Part shown: positions 37,588 to 47,137 of the stretch, in pieces | Layout: every line of letters begins with the position of its first letter | How positions within the stretch are numbered: position 1 is the first letter of the stretch | Assembly: GCA_903852815.1 (NCBI GenBank) | Contig: CAINRW010000104.1 | Coordinates: 5,988 to 69,987, forward strand | Reading direction: 5' to 3' | From: an uncultured Actinomycetes bacterium | Lineage (GTDB): Bacteria; Actinomycetota; Actinomycetes; Nanopelagicales; Nanopelagicaceae | Length of the DNA: 64,000 bases | Program-made: the position numbers and the translations under genes | Notes under the pieces: model-generated | Databases searched by the model: none | What the model was told of the DNA's origin: nothing | Seen by the model: only the letters and a program-made list of their open reading frames with translations

Positions 37588-39027
37588 ATGCTCGATTCAT
37601 TTTTTAAAATCTCAGAACGGGGCTCGACCGTTGGTCGTGAAGTTCGTGGTGGATTCGTCACCTTCTTCACAATGGCCTACATCATCGCGCTAAATCCACT
37701 GATTATTGGTGGCGCAGTAGATGGCGATAAGAAGTTTCTTGGCGGCTTCAGCGCATTTGGCCAAAACCTTCCACTCATCGCAGCTGCAACGGCATTAGTT
37801 GCGGGTATTATGACAATCCTCATGGGACTTGTTGGAAACTTCCCATTGGCGATTGCAACTGGATTAGGCCTTAACACTTTTGTTGCTTATTCAATCGCAT
37901 CAAAGATGACTTGGGCTGATGCAATGGGTCTTGTTGTTCTTGAGGGCTTGATCATCACCGTCCTAGTTTTAACTGGTTTTCGCGGGGCAGTATTTCGTGC
38001 AGTGCCGCAACAACTTAAGTACGCAATCTCAGTTGGTATCGGTCTCTTCATCGCATTAATCGGTCTTGTAGATTCAGGTTTCGTTCGCCGTACAGGCACT
38101 GGCCCTGTGCCAGTTCAACTTGGAGACGGTGGAAATCTTGTCGGTTGGCCAATTGTTGTTTTCATCTTCGGACTCTTACTCATCGTGACTTTGATGGTTC
38201 GCAAAACTAAAGGTGCACTTCTTATCGGAATCGTCGGCGCAACTGCCCTAGCGGTAATTCTAGAAAAGGCCTTTAAAATTGGACCAAGTTTCATTTCTCC
38301 AACTGAAAGCAATCCAAAGGGTTGGGGTTTGAATATTCCTAAACTGCCAAGCAGTGTTACAGCTACTCCTGACTTCTCACTCCTTGGACATTTCAACCTT
38401 CTGGGTTCATTTAGCAAGATTTCCTTCGTATCTGCAGTTCTTTTAGTGTTTACGCTTTTGCTCTCAGATTTCTTTGACACTGTGGGAACTGTTACCGCTA
38501 TTGGACATGAAGCTGGTTTGATCGACAAAGATGGAAACGTTCCAAACAATAATCGAATCCTTCTTGTCGACTCAATTGCTGCAGCTGCAGGTGGCGCAGC
38601 AGGTGTTTCTTCAAACACTTCTTACATCGAATCTGCATCAGGTGTTGGTGAAGGTGCGCGTACAGGTCTTGCATCAGTTATAACTGGTGTGTGCTTCCTG
38701 CTAGCAACTTTCCTTTCTCCACTAGTTGCAGTGATTCCGTACGAGGCTGCAACCCCTGCACTCATAATCGTGGGCTTCTTGATGATGACTCAAGTAAAAG
38801 ATATTGATTGGGCAGATCTTGGAATTGCTATTCCAGCCTTCCTAACAATTATCTTGATGCCATTCACCTACAGCATCTCAGTTGGTATTGGTGCAGGTTT
38901 CATCTCGCACGTAATAATCCGAATTGTGCAGGGACGTCGTAAAGATGTTCATCCTCTGCTAGTTCTTGTATCAGCACTCTTCGTTATCTACTTCTTGTCT
39001 TCACCAATCAATACATGGGTTGGCTAA
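37588..39027 (+). CDS. NCS2/AzgA-type purine (guanine/hypoxanthine) permease
   Basis: REVRGGFVTFFTMAYII, GLGLN, DFFDTVGT, YIESASGVGEGARTG, PFTYSI. Confidence 0.92.
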   Translation: MLDSFFKISERGSTVGREVRGGFVTFFTMAYIIALNPLIIGGAVDGDKKFLGGFSAFGQNLPLIAAATALVAGIMTILMGLVGNFPLAIATGLGLNTFVAYSIASKMTWADAMGLVVLEGLIITVLVLTGFRGAVFRAVPQQLKYAISVGIGLFIALIGLVDSGFVRRTGTGPVPVQLGDGGNLVGWPIVVFIFGLLLIVTLMVRKTKGALLIGIVGATALAVILEKAFKIGPSFISPTESNPKGWGLNIPKLPSSVTATPDFSLLGHFNLLGSFSKISFVSAVLLVFTLLLSDFFDTVGTVTAIGHEAGLIDKDGNVPNNNRILLVDSIAAAAGGAAGVSSNTSYIESASGVGEGARTGLASVITGVCFLLATFLSPLVAVIPYEAATPALIIVGFLMMTQVKDIDWADLGIAIPAFLTIILMPFTYSISVGIGAGFISHVIIRIVQGRRKDVHPLLVLVSALFVIYFLSSPINTWVG

Positions 39028-39040
39028 TCAAGAGTTAAAT

Positions 39041-39082
39041 AATAAAGAAAGCCCTGCGGATATCTGCAGGGCTTTCTTTATT
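39041..39082. terminator. Bidirectional intrinsic terminator between the permease and ung
   Basis: Perfect 17-bp inverted repeat AATAAAGAAAGCCCTGC / GCAGGGCTTTCTTTATT. Confidence 0.9.
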
Positions 39083-39720
39083 TACCAAACAACGGGTTTT
39101 TTGCCCTGTGCGATAAGTAGCGAATTGATTGCAGAAAATGGTTTCGAACCAAAGAAACCTCTATAGGCAGAGAGTGGACTGGGATGAGGCGCAGTAAGAA
39201 TCAGCCCTTCGTCAAAATATTTCTTTAAATCATTGGTTTTGTTACCCCACAAGAGCGCTACAACGCCGCGATCCCCTAGAACTTTTGCCGTAGCATCCGT
39301 GAACTCTTGCCAACCTATTTTTTCGTGTGCGAGAGAACGTCCAGGAGTAGTAGTTAAAATACGATTAAGCAGAAAAACACCTTGATCACTCCATCGTGTT
39401 AGATTTCCAGGAGCAATTACTGAGTCACCCACATCGTCTTGCAGCTCTTTAAAAATATTTCGCAAAGTCGGAGGTATTTTGCTCGAATTTTTGTTGATAG
39501 CAAATGCATAACCTTGCGCAACCCCAGTCGTCGGATAAGGATCTTGACCAAAAATCACCACTTTTATATCGTCTAGTGGCCGGCTGTAAGCGGCTAGAAC
39601 TTTTCTGTATTCGGGAGTAATTTCTAAGCTTGCAACCTGATTTTCGATTTCAATCAATAAATCCTTTTGTTCTTTTAAAGCTCGCCTCCATTGAGGATGC
39701 ATTTGTTCAAAGAAACTCAT
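39082..39720 (-). CDS. ung: Uracil-DNA glycosylase
   Basis: GQDPYP, PPTLRNIFKEL, GVFLLN, HPSPLSA. Confidence 0.95.
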   Translation of the reverse strand: MSFFEQMHPQWRRALKEQKDLLIEIENQVASLEITPEYRKVLAAYSRPLDDIKVVIFGQDPYPTTGVAQGYAFAINKNSSKIPPTLRNIFKELQDDVGDSVIAPGNLTRWSDQGVFLLNRILTTTPGRSLAHEKIGWQEFTDATAKVLGDRGVVALLWGNKTNDLKKYFDEGLILTAPHPSPLSAYRGFFGSKPFSAINSLLIAQGKKPVVW

Positions 39721-39726
39721 GGGTAT

Positions 39727-40515
39727 TTACATGGAGCGTGCAGAGAAACGCGAAGCATCATAAACAACTTCAATTCTGTGATCAAAGACTGCTGAGACAT
39801 GTTCAGAGGTTATGACATCTCGAACAGGCCCAGATACCGCAATTTTTCCATCTTTTAATAAGAGTGCATGCGTAGTTCCGCGAGGTATTTCCTCAATATG
39901 ATGAGTAACCAATACGGTAGCTGGTGCTGACGCATCAGAAGCAAATTCGGCAAAACGCTTAAGCAGGTCTTCTCGCCCACCAACATCTAACCCCGCAGTT
40001 GGTTCGTCCAAAAGCAGAAGTTCTGGATCCGACATTAGCGCCCTAGCAATTTGTGTCCGCTTTTTTTCACCTTCACTTAAGGTTGAATATAAACGATCAC
40101 CTAAATCACGGACTCCAAAAGTGGTGAGTAATGAAATTGCCCGGGACTCGTCCCATAAATCATAAACTTCATTCCATCTACCCAGAACTGCGTAAGCGGC
40201 AGTCACTACAACGTCTCGAACTTTCTCATCCCCCGGAATCTCATGTGCATATGGCGCTCCACAAATTCCGATCCGGGTACGAAGTTCAAATAAATCTACT
40301 TTTCCCATTTCCTTGTCTAAAACAAATACAGATCCAGTCGTCGGGAAGACTTGGGTTGCCAAGATTTGCAAGAGCGTTGATTTGCCCGCACCATTTGGTC
40401 CTAAAATCACCCAGCGCTCCCCTGGCAAAATCCGAAAATTCATCGGGCCAAGAATCGTTGAATCGCCGCGACGTACAGTGATATCCCGTATCTCAAGGAC
40501 AGGTCGCGTGGTCAT
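39727..40515 (-). CDS. Stand-alone ABC ATP-binding protein
   Basis: GPNGAGKS, LSEGEKKR, LLLDEP, VTHH. Confidence 0.9.
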   Translation of the reverse strand: MTTRPVLEIRDITVRRGDSTILGPMNFRILPGERWVILGPNGAGKSTLLQILATQVFPTTGSVFVLDKEMGKVDLFELRTRIGICGAPYAHEIPGDEKVRDVVVTAAYAVLGRWNEVYDLWDESRAISLLTTFGVRDLGDRLYSTLSEGEKKRTQIARALMSDPELLLLDEPTAGLDVGGREDLLKRFAEFASDASAPATVLVTHHIEEIPRGTTHALLLKDGKIAVSGPVRDVITSEHVSAVFDHRIEVVYDASRFSARSM

Positions 40516-40601
40516 AGAGCAAAAAGATACTGGGTTGAGCAAGGATAAATGGCAACTTCATCGAATTTTCGCCTGTGATTTTAAGATAATCTTGCCGAAT
40601 A

Positions 40602-41786
40602 ATGACAACTAATCAAGAAATCTCCCATTTTACTGGCCTCATTCTCATAAGTGGCGAGGATAAGCCCGGTATTACTCATGCAATCTTTGATGCCCTCTCT
40701 CCATTTGCAGTTTCAATTATCGATATTGAACAAGTAGTAATTAAGCAACGCCTACTTCTCACTGTGCTGATCACATTAAACCCAGCACACCGCAACGCAA
40801 TTGAAGAAGATTTAACTGCGCGCGCCGGTGAGTTAGATCTGGATATTGCTATCGATTTTTCTGAAACTTCTAATACAAGCATTGCCACAAAAAAGAACTT
40901 GACCCATGTTGTCGTGCTATCTGCAAAATTAAATCCTAAGTCAATTTCTCAAGTTGCTGCTGCGATTTCAGAATCTGGTGCAAATATAGAACGAATATCA
41001 AGGCTTGCTTCTGAACCAATTGTTGCAATTGAATTTGTGGTATCCGAAAGCAAAAATCAAGAATTACGTCAGGAGTTATCGAGAATAGCTGCAGCCAATA
41101 ATGTGGATATTGCACTCTCACCTGGAAATATATTTCGTCATGCTCGAAAACTTGTTCAACTTGATGTAGATTCAACTTTAATTGCTCAAGAAGTAATTGA
41201 ACTACTCGCTGCAAAAGCGGGAGTCTCAGAACAAGTTGTAGAGATAACTCAATCAGCAATGCGCGGAGAGCTAGATTTCGAGCAATCGCTGAGAGCTCGA
41301 GTCATGCTACTCAAGGGATTACCTGTTTCTGAGATTGTTAATGTGCGAAGTGAAATCACTTTAACCCCTGGGGCAAAAAATCTTGTATCAACGCTTCAAG
41401 CTTTAGGCCATACCGTCACAGTTGTTTCGGGCGGTTTTATTGATGTCATTGAACCGTTGTTAGAGGATTTGAATATCAAACTTTTTAAAGCAAACAAACT
41501 TGAGATTGATAATGGTGTTTTGACTGGAAATCTTGTTGGAGAAATCATCGACCGAGCCACAAAGGCGCAAGCTCTGCGTGAGTTTGCTCAAATAGAAAAC
41601 ATCGACATGGAGCAAACAATCGCTATTGGTGATGGAGCCAATGACCTAGACATGATTTCACTTGCTGGCATGGGAATTGCTTTCAACGCGAAACCAGTTG
41701 TGCGAGCTGCAGCGGATAACTCGCTCACTAATCCATATTTGGATTCAGTCCTCTATCTGCTTGGAATCGCTACGGAGGATCACTAA
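40602..41786 (+). CDS. serB: Phosphoserine phosphatase with two ACT domains
   Basis: GEDKPGIT, DVDSTLI, VSGGF, GDGANDL. Confidence 0.93.
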   Translation: MTTNQEISHFTGLILISGEDKPGITHAIFDALSPFAVSIIDIEQVVIKQRLLLTVLITLNPAHRNAIEEDLTARAGELDLDIAIDFSETSNTSIATKKNLTHVVVLSAKLNPKSISQVAAAISESGANIERISRLASEPIVAIEFVVSESKNQELRQELSRIAAANNVDIALSPGNIFRHARKLVQLDVDSTLIAQEVIELLAAKAGVSEQVVEITQSAMRGELDFEQSLRARVMLLKGLPVSEIVNVRSEITLTPGAKNLVSTLQALGHTVTVVSGGFIDVIEPLLEDLNIKLFKANKLEIDNGVLTGNLVGEIIDRATKAQALREFAQIENIDMEQTIAIGDGANDLDMISLAGMGIAFNAKPVVRAAADNSLTNPYLDSVLYLLGIATEDH

Positions 41787-41795
41787 TTAAATAGG

Positions 41796-42644
41796 TTATA
41801 GACGGCAGGCATGAATATCGGTAACGAGAATTCCTCGAGCGCCAATAGCCCACAATTCGTCCATGACACGATTGGTATCTTTTCGTGGAACCATTGCACG
41901 AACTGCTACCCAATCTAGTTTTTGCAATGGTGAAATCGTTGGAGATTCAAGACCTGGTGTAATTGCGCAGGCTTTTTCCACAAACTCTTTCGGTATGTCG
42001 TAATCAAGAAGTACATATTTTCTTGCGGTGACAACTCCCTGAAGTCGACGTATCAAGATTTCTAATTCAGGAACTATCTGTGAATCTTTGCGAGAAATAA
42101 CCACGGCTTCGCTAGTTAATATCGGGTCACCAAAAATCTTCAATCCAGCCTGACGCAAAGTATTACCAGTGCTGACAACATCTGCGATCAGATCAGCCAC
42201 TCCTAAGCGAACACTGCTTTCAACCGCGCCATCAAGTCTTACAACATCGGCCTTTATCCCTAAGGAAGATAAGTGGTGTGCGACAAGTCCCGGATATGCA
42301 GTTGCAACCCGCTTGCCAGCGATATCGGAAATCTCAAAAGCAGAATCGACCGGAGCTGCGAAACGAAAAGTAGAACCACCAAAACCGAGAGCAAGTAGTT
42401 CATCAGCCGATGCCGCAGAATCGATGAGCAAATCTCTACCAGTTATTCCAGCCTCAAGCTCTCCGCTACCTACATAGATTGCAATATCTCGTGGTCGAAG
42501 ATAGTAAAACTCAACAGAATTTTCGGTGTCGATAAGAATTAAATCTCGACTATCACTTCGCTGCCGATAGCCAGCTTCCTTCAATATCGCAATCGACTCA
42601 TCCGCAAGTGATCCTTTATTGGGCACCGCAATTCTTAACATCAT
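41796..42644 (-). CDS. hisG: ATP phosphoribosyltransferase (long form)
   Basis: RIAVPNKG, RPRDI, GAVE, DVVSTGNTL, PGLESPT. Confidence 0.95.
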   Translation of the reverse strand: MMLRIAVPNKGSLADESIAILKEAGYRQRSDSRDLILIDTENSVEFYYLRPRDIAIYVGSGELEAGITGRDLLIDSAASADELLALGFGGSTFRFAAPVDSAFEISDIAGKRVATAYPGLVAHHLSSLGIKADVVRLDGAVESSVRLGVADLIADVVSTGNTLRQAGLKIFGDPILTSEAVVISRKDSQIVPELEILIRRLQGVVTARKYVLLDYDIPKEFVEKACAITPGLESPTISPLQKLDWVAVRAMVPRKDTNRVMDELWAIGARGILVTDIHACRL

Positions 42645-42658
42645 TTCACTCTTTTCGC

Positions 42659-42922
42659 TCAAAGGTGTTTGTAAACATCATCAAGAGTTAATCCTCTGGC
42701 AAGCATGAGAACCTGCAAGTGATAGAGCAATTGACTTATCTCTTCGGCAAGGGCGGCTTCACTTTCATGCTCAGCTGCTAGCCACACTTCGCCAGCTTCC
42801 TCGAGGACTTTTTTTCCAATTGAATGAACACCAGCATCGATAGCTGCAACGGTTGCCGATCCTTCAGGGCGAGATGTCGCTTTTTCGAGCAACTCGGACC
42901 ACAGCGATTCAAAGGATTTCAT
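42659..42922 (-). CDS. hisE: Phosphoribosyl-ATP diphosphatase
   Basis: [18 protein letters not shown]. Confidence 0.94.
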   Translation of the reverse strand: MKSFESLWSELLEKATSRPEGSATVAAIDAGVHSIGKKVLEEAGEVWLAAEHESEAALAEEISQLLYHLQVLMLARGLTLDDVYKHL

Positions 42923-42944
42923 AGCGTTAGTTTACTGGAGTAAC

Positions 42945-43622
42945 TCAACGGCTTGTGCTCAATTTTTCCGTCCGTGAAATCCTCAACCATGAAATAAAGC
43001 CCCACATAACAAAAGGAAGGTAGATTGCGTACAAAGTTCCAGTTGGGTAGTAGCCATTTTTGAAAGCAAAAGGCACACCAACGCAATCGACGGCAATCCA
43101 TACGAGCCAGAATTCAACATAGCCTCTGCTCATTCCATACGTAGCCAAGGCAGTTCCAGTGAAAATCCACGTATCAACAAGTAGCCAAGTCCCGGATTCA
43201 CCTAACGCCTTGAAAATCTGCATTGACGCTACAAAGAAAAGTACAACTACCGGTGCAAGGAGTTGTTTTTCTTTGACTGTAGTCCATCGAGGGGTAACTG
43301 CAGCTTGACCCGTGATTCCTTTTCGCTTGTGGGCGCTCCAACGAATCCACCCATAAACGCTGACGATTATGAGAAGTAAATTACGACTTGCTTGCCCGTA
43401 AAAATTTGCAGATGGTTGATCTCCATAAGCAAAGACTGCGCCAAGAAATACTGTAAAAAGTAAAGAGTCACCGAGAATGCCAACTGGCCAAGCAAGCGTT
43501 TTTCTGCGTGCGCCAAGAATTGCACTGGCTAAGCCAAGAATTCCACCCACGACTTCACGCAGTGCAATCGACTTGCTCCCAAAATGAATCGTGCTTTCAA
43601 AAAACCATTTAATGAGTGACAC
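42945..43622 (-). CDS. PnuC-family vitamin transporter (RibM/PnuX-like, likely riboflavin)
   Basis: AWPVGILG, YGWIRW, EFWLVWIAVD..GVP; sits in the rpe-hisE interval where actinobacterial rib genes usually lie. Confidence 0.8.
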   Translation of the reverse strand: MSLIKWFFESTIHFGSKSIALREVVGGILGLASAILGARRKTLAWPVGILGDSLLFTVFLGAVFAYGDQPSANFYGQASRNLLLIIVSVYGWIRWSAHKRKGITGQAAVTPRWTTVKEKQLLAPVVVLFFVASMQIFKALGESGTWLLVDTWIFTGTALATYGMSRGYVEFWLVWIAVDCVGVPFAFKNGYYPTGTLYAIYLPFVMWGFISWLRISRTEKLSTSR

Positions 43623-43624
43623 TC

Positions 43625-44284
43625 TTAAGCCTTTCCTGCAAGTTCACGTAAGGCAATAATCATGGCTGCTGGATCTTCGGCGTTAAATACCGCACTGCCA
43701 GCTACAAAAGTATCTGCTCCAGCTTCCAAAGCAATCGAGAGAGTTTCCAAAGAAATACCGCCATCTACTTGTAGCCAGATTGGCCTTGATCCGATAAGTG
43801 CTTTAGTTCTGCGCACTTTCTCCATCATGTTTTCCATGAACTTCTGACCACCGAAACCAGGTTCAACGGTCATGATCAGAAACATGTCAACATCATCGAT
43901 GAGGTCAGCGTAACCTTCGATTGAAGTATCGGGCTTAAGGGCAAGCCCAGCCCTTGCTCCATTTACTTTGATTGCACGCAAAGTTTGCGAAATATTTGAT
44001 GTAGCTTCGGCATGGACCGTAACGCTTTGACAACCAATTTCGGCATATTGAGGGGCGATGTTATCGGAATCGGCAACCATTAAATGGGCATCTATTCCGA
44101 TGGGGCAATTGTGAATGATCTGACTGGCGGTTTCAAAATTAAAAGTAAAGTTTGGAACAAAAACATTATCCATTACATCCAGATGTATCAGATCTGAGAC
44201 TGCTGAAATTTTTTGAATCTCCTGCTGTAAATGAGAAAAGTCTGCGTTGAGGATGCTTGGAGTAATGCGAACTTCACGTGTCAT
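43625..44284 (-). CDS. rpe: Ribulose-phosphate 3-epimerase
   Basis: PSILNADF, HLDVMD, DAHLMV, MTVEPGFGGQKF, VDGGI. Confidence 0.96.
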   Translation of the reverse strand: MTREVRITPSILNADFSHLQQEIQKISAVSDLIHLDVMDNVFVPNFTFNFETASQIIHNCPIGIDAHLMVADSDNIAPQYAEIGCQSVTVHAEATSNISQTLRAIKVNGARAGLALKPDTSIEGYADLIDDVDMFLIMTVEPGFGGQKFMENMMEKVRRTKALIGSRPIWLQVDGGISLETLSIALEAGADTFVAGSAVFNAEDPAAMIIALRELAGKA

Positions 44285-45657
44285 TGCGCAGCTCCGTTTT
44301 CCAGTGGAGGTTTTTTGCGGAAAAGCGCAAGAAACATCGCATCAGTTCCGTGCTTGTGTGTCCAGAGGCTCATAGAGTTTCCTCGTTGCGCATCTTGCAA
44401 ATTCGACGGCAGAAATTCTTTAACGTCGATCTGTTCGAGATCTTTGTGTCGAGCCAATACATCCATAACTTGCACGCTGGTCTCAGCCAAATGCGGCGAG
44501 CATGTGGCGTAACCCAATACTCCATTTACATTTAATACCGAAAGTGCGCCTTCGAGAAGTTCGCGTTGCAGTTGGGTGAGTTCACGCAGATTACTAATAT
44601 TTCTACGCCATCTCACTTCGGGTCTGCGGCGAAGTGCGCCAAGACCAGTGCATGGGGCATCTACCAAAATGGCGTCGAAGTTCTCTTTATGATCAGCGAT
44701 TAATCGTCCATCACCGCACCATACGCGTGCTCCATGAACAACTTTACGAACTAAATCGGCGCGACGGTCTGAAAATTCATTTGCCGTGAAATTAATTTCG
44801 CGTCCCTTTGCAATACTTGCCAGAAGCGCGGCTTTTCCGCCAGGACCTGCGCACAAATCAAGCCAGCTTTTTCCAGCAGCTGCCGCGGCAAATACCGAAG
44901 CGACTAGTTGGGATCCTTCATCTTGCACGCCAGCTAATCGGTGCTTAATGAGATCTAATGTGCCGGGATTTCCTTTAAATCGTGCTCCAAGTTCGGAGTA
45001 GGGAGTTGGTTCTGCGCCAAGTGCAACTAATTCCTCACGAGTAGAAAAGCCAGGCCATGAAACTAACGTTGGAATTGCAGGAACATTATTGCTTCGCAAT
45101 TCCTCCTCAACGTGCTCCCAATTTTTTAATAAATCGTAATACGCGGAAATAATCCATTCTGGATGTGAGTATTGAATAGAAAACCGCGAAATAGGATCTT
45201 TAATGTCATCTAATGGTGCAAACCAATCAGCAATACTTTTTCTTGTTACAGAACGTAATAGTGCATTAACAAAGCTTGCTTTGGATTCCCCTAAGCGTTT
45301 TCTAGCAACCTCTACTGTTGCCGAAACTGCTGCATGGTCAGGAATACGCATCTCATGCAACTGGTGCACACCAAGGCGTGCAATATCGACGATTCCTGGA
45401 TCTACTTCTGCCCAAGGTCTATCCGATACTTGCGCTAAAACCCAATCATGCTTTCCTTGCATGCGCAGCGTTCCATACAGTAATTCAGTCACCAAACTTC
45501 GATCGCGTTCATCGAGTTGGGAGGCGTTCAAAGCGGCTGGCAATAAGAGATTTGAATATCCCTCATTGCGATTTACCTCAACAATTAAATCGAAAGCTAG
45601 TAAACGCGCAGCATCTGGTCGTGGGGCTTTGAAAGTATTTCGTCTAGCTTCAACCAC
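44281..45657 (-). CDS. rsmB: 16S rRNA m5C methyltransferase RsmB/Sun with NusB-like N-terminus
   Basis: VQDEGSQ, DLCAGPGGK, VDAPCTGLG, YATCS. Confidence 0.88.
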   Translation of the reverse strand: MVEARRNTFKAPRPDAARLLAFDLIVEVNRNEGYSNLLLPAALNASQLDERDRSLVTELLYGTLRMQGKHDWVLAQVSDRPWAEVDPGIVDIARLGVHQLHEMRIPDHAAVSATVEVARKRLGESKASFVNALLRSVTRKSIADWFAPLDDIKDPISRFSIQYSHPEWIISAYYDLLKNWEHVEEELRSNNVPAIPTLVSWPGFSTREELVALGAEPTPYSELGARFKGNPGTLDLIKHRLAGVQDEGSQLVASVFAAAAAGKSWLDLCAGPGGKAALLASIAKGREINFTANEFSDRRADLVRKVVHGARVWCGDGRLIADHKENFDAILVDAPCTGLGALRRRPEVRWRRNISNLRELTQLQRELLEGALSVLNVNGVLGYATCSPHLAETSVQVMDVLARHKDLEQIDVKEFLPSNLQDAQRGNSMSLWTHKHGTDAMFLALFRKKPPLENGAAQ

Positions 45658-46558
45658 AATATTCCTCTGCCGTAAATCGAGCGCCTCGAGACCAATCCAC
45701 TGCCAGCATCTCCTTCTTGCCTGCTGGTACCACTGTTAATAATTCGATATCGCCAGCACTTGTTCCCACTAAACAATGTCCATCAATAACTTTGATTTGC
45801 CCCGGAAGCAATGAACTAGAAATGGAAAAGCTTTTGGCTTGAGTAATTTTTAATACATCTCCCCTAAATAAGGTCCAAGCACATGGGTCCGGATAAAAAG
45901 CTCGAATCTTTGCGCCTAACTTAACCGCAGGAAAATTCCAATCGAGCTGCGCTTCTTGTTTACTTAACTTAGGAGCAAGGGAGAAATCTCCCATCTGTGT
46001 AGTTGGTTCAATTCCAGTTTCAATATTTGTTATCGAATTTTTGACAGCTTCAACACCAATTACAGATAGTTCCGTTAAAAGTTCTTTGCTTCTTGCATCG
46101 GGATGTATTGGGTGTTTAATCATTGAATAGACCGGTCCTGTATCCATTCCTTCATCGAGTTTAAAAACTGTAACACCGGTTTCAGGCTCCCCCGCCTCAA
46201 TAGCTCTTTGGACTGGCGCAGCGCCTCGAAACTTTGGAAGCAAAGAGAAATGCAGATTGATGCAGCCTAAGCGTGGTGCTGACAAAATTTCTTTTCGAAG
46301 AAGAACTCCAAAGCCAATGGTTATAAGTAAATCGAGATCTTGACAGAGCTTCTTGATTTCTTCTTGACTATTTGTCTTAAACACCACAACACCGTGTGCG
46401 TCTCCCCACGTTGCAACATCTGATTGGGAAATACTCCTGCCGCGCCCATTTGGTTTATCTGGCTGGGTGATGAGTAACTTTAATTCGTGATGACTACTTA
46501 AAAGCCAATCTAAGGTGGGTACGGCTACATTCGGAGTTGCCGCAACTCCAATTCGCAT
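45650..46558 (-). CDS. fmt: Methionyl-tRNA formyltransferase
   Basis: TQPDKPNGRG, NLHFSLLPKFRGAAP, MDTGP. Confidence 0.94.
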   Translation of the reverse strand: MRIGVAATPNVAVPTLDWLLSSHHELKLLITQPDKPNGRGRSISQSDVATWGDAHGVVVFKTNSQEEIKKLCQDLDLLITIGFGVLLRKEILSAPRLGCINLHFSLLPKFRGAAPVQRAIEAGEPETGVTVFKLDEGMDTGPVYSMIKHPIHPDARSKELLTELSVIGVEAVKNSITNIETGIEPTTQMGDFSLAPKLSKQEAQLDWNFPAVKLGAKIRAFYPDPCAWTLFRGDVLKITQAKSFSISSSLLPGQIKVIDGHCLVGTSAGDIELLTVVPAGKKEMLAVDWSRGARFTAEEYCG

Positions 46559-47118
46559 CAAATATTCCGTCCAAACATTCCGTGAGGCGAATCTTTAATT
46601 GTTGGAGTGCGACCATTTTCAATCTCAAGGTTAAACCATTCGGATTCACGAATCTCTTTCATTGCAGATTTGCGATCAAGTGCACTGAGACGATCAATGA
46701 AAAGAATTCCATCCAGATGATCGTTCTCATGTTGCAAAGCCCTAGCCAGAAACTCAGTACCTTCAACAACGATTGGCTCACCAAACATGTTAAAACCTCG
46801 CGCAACGGCGTTAAGAGATCGAGGTGTGTCGTAGCGAAGCTCAGGAAAAGACAAACAACCTTCCTCTCCTTCTTGAATCTCTTCACCTAATGTGAGTACG
46901 GGGTTGATTAAATGCCCTAAAACGTCATCGACATGCCAGGTGAAGACTCGCAAACCCACGCCGATTTGCGGAGCAGCTAATCCAGCACCAGGGGCATCCA
47001 GCATTGTTTCAGTTAAATCGGCTACTAAATTGCGGAGCTCTTTGTCGAAATCAACTACAGGTACTGCCTTCGTTATAAGGACTGGATCTCCAAATAGTCG
47101 TATCTCTTGAATCGGCAC
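46558..47118 (-). CDS. def: Peptide deformylase
   Basis: GAGLAAPQIG, EGCLS, QHENDHL. Confidence 0.96.
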   Translation of the reverse strand: MPIQEIRLFGDPVLITKAVPVVDFDKELRNLVADLTETMLDAPGAGLAAPQIGVGLRVFTWHVDDVLGHLINPVLTLGEEIQEGEEGCLSFPELRYDTPRSLNAVARGFNMFGEPIVVEGTEFLARALQHENDHLDGILFIDRLSALDRKSAMKEIRESEWFNLEIENGRTPTIKDSPHGMFGRNI

Positions 47119-47137
47119 GCGCGCAGTCTACCAAAAA

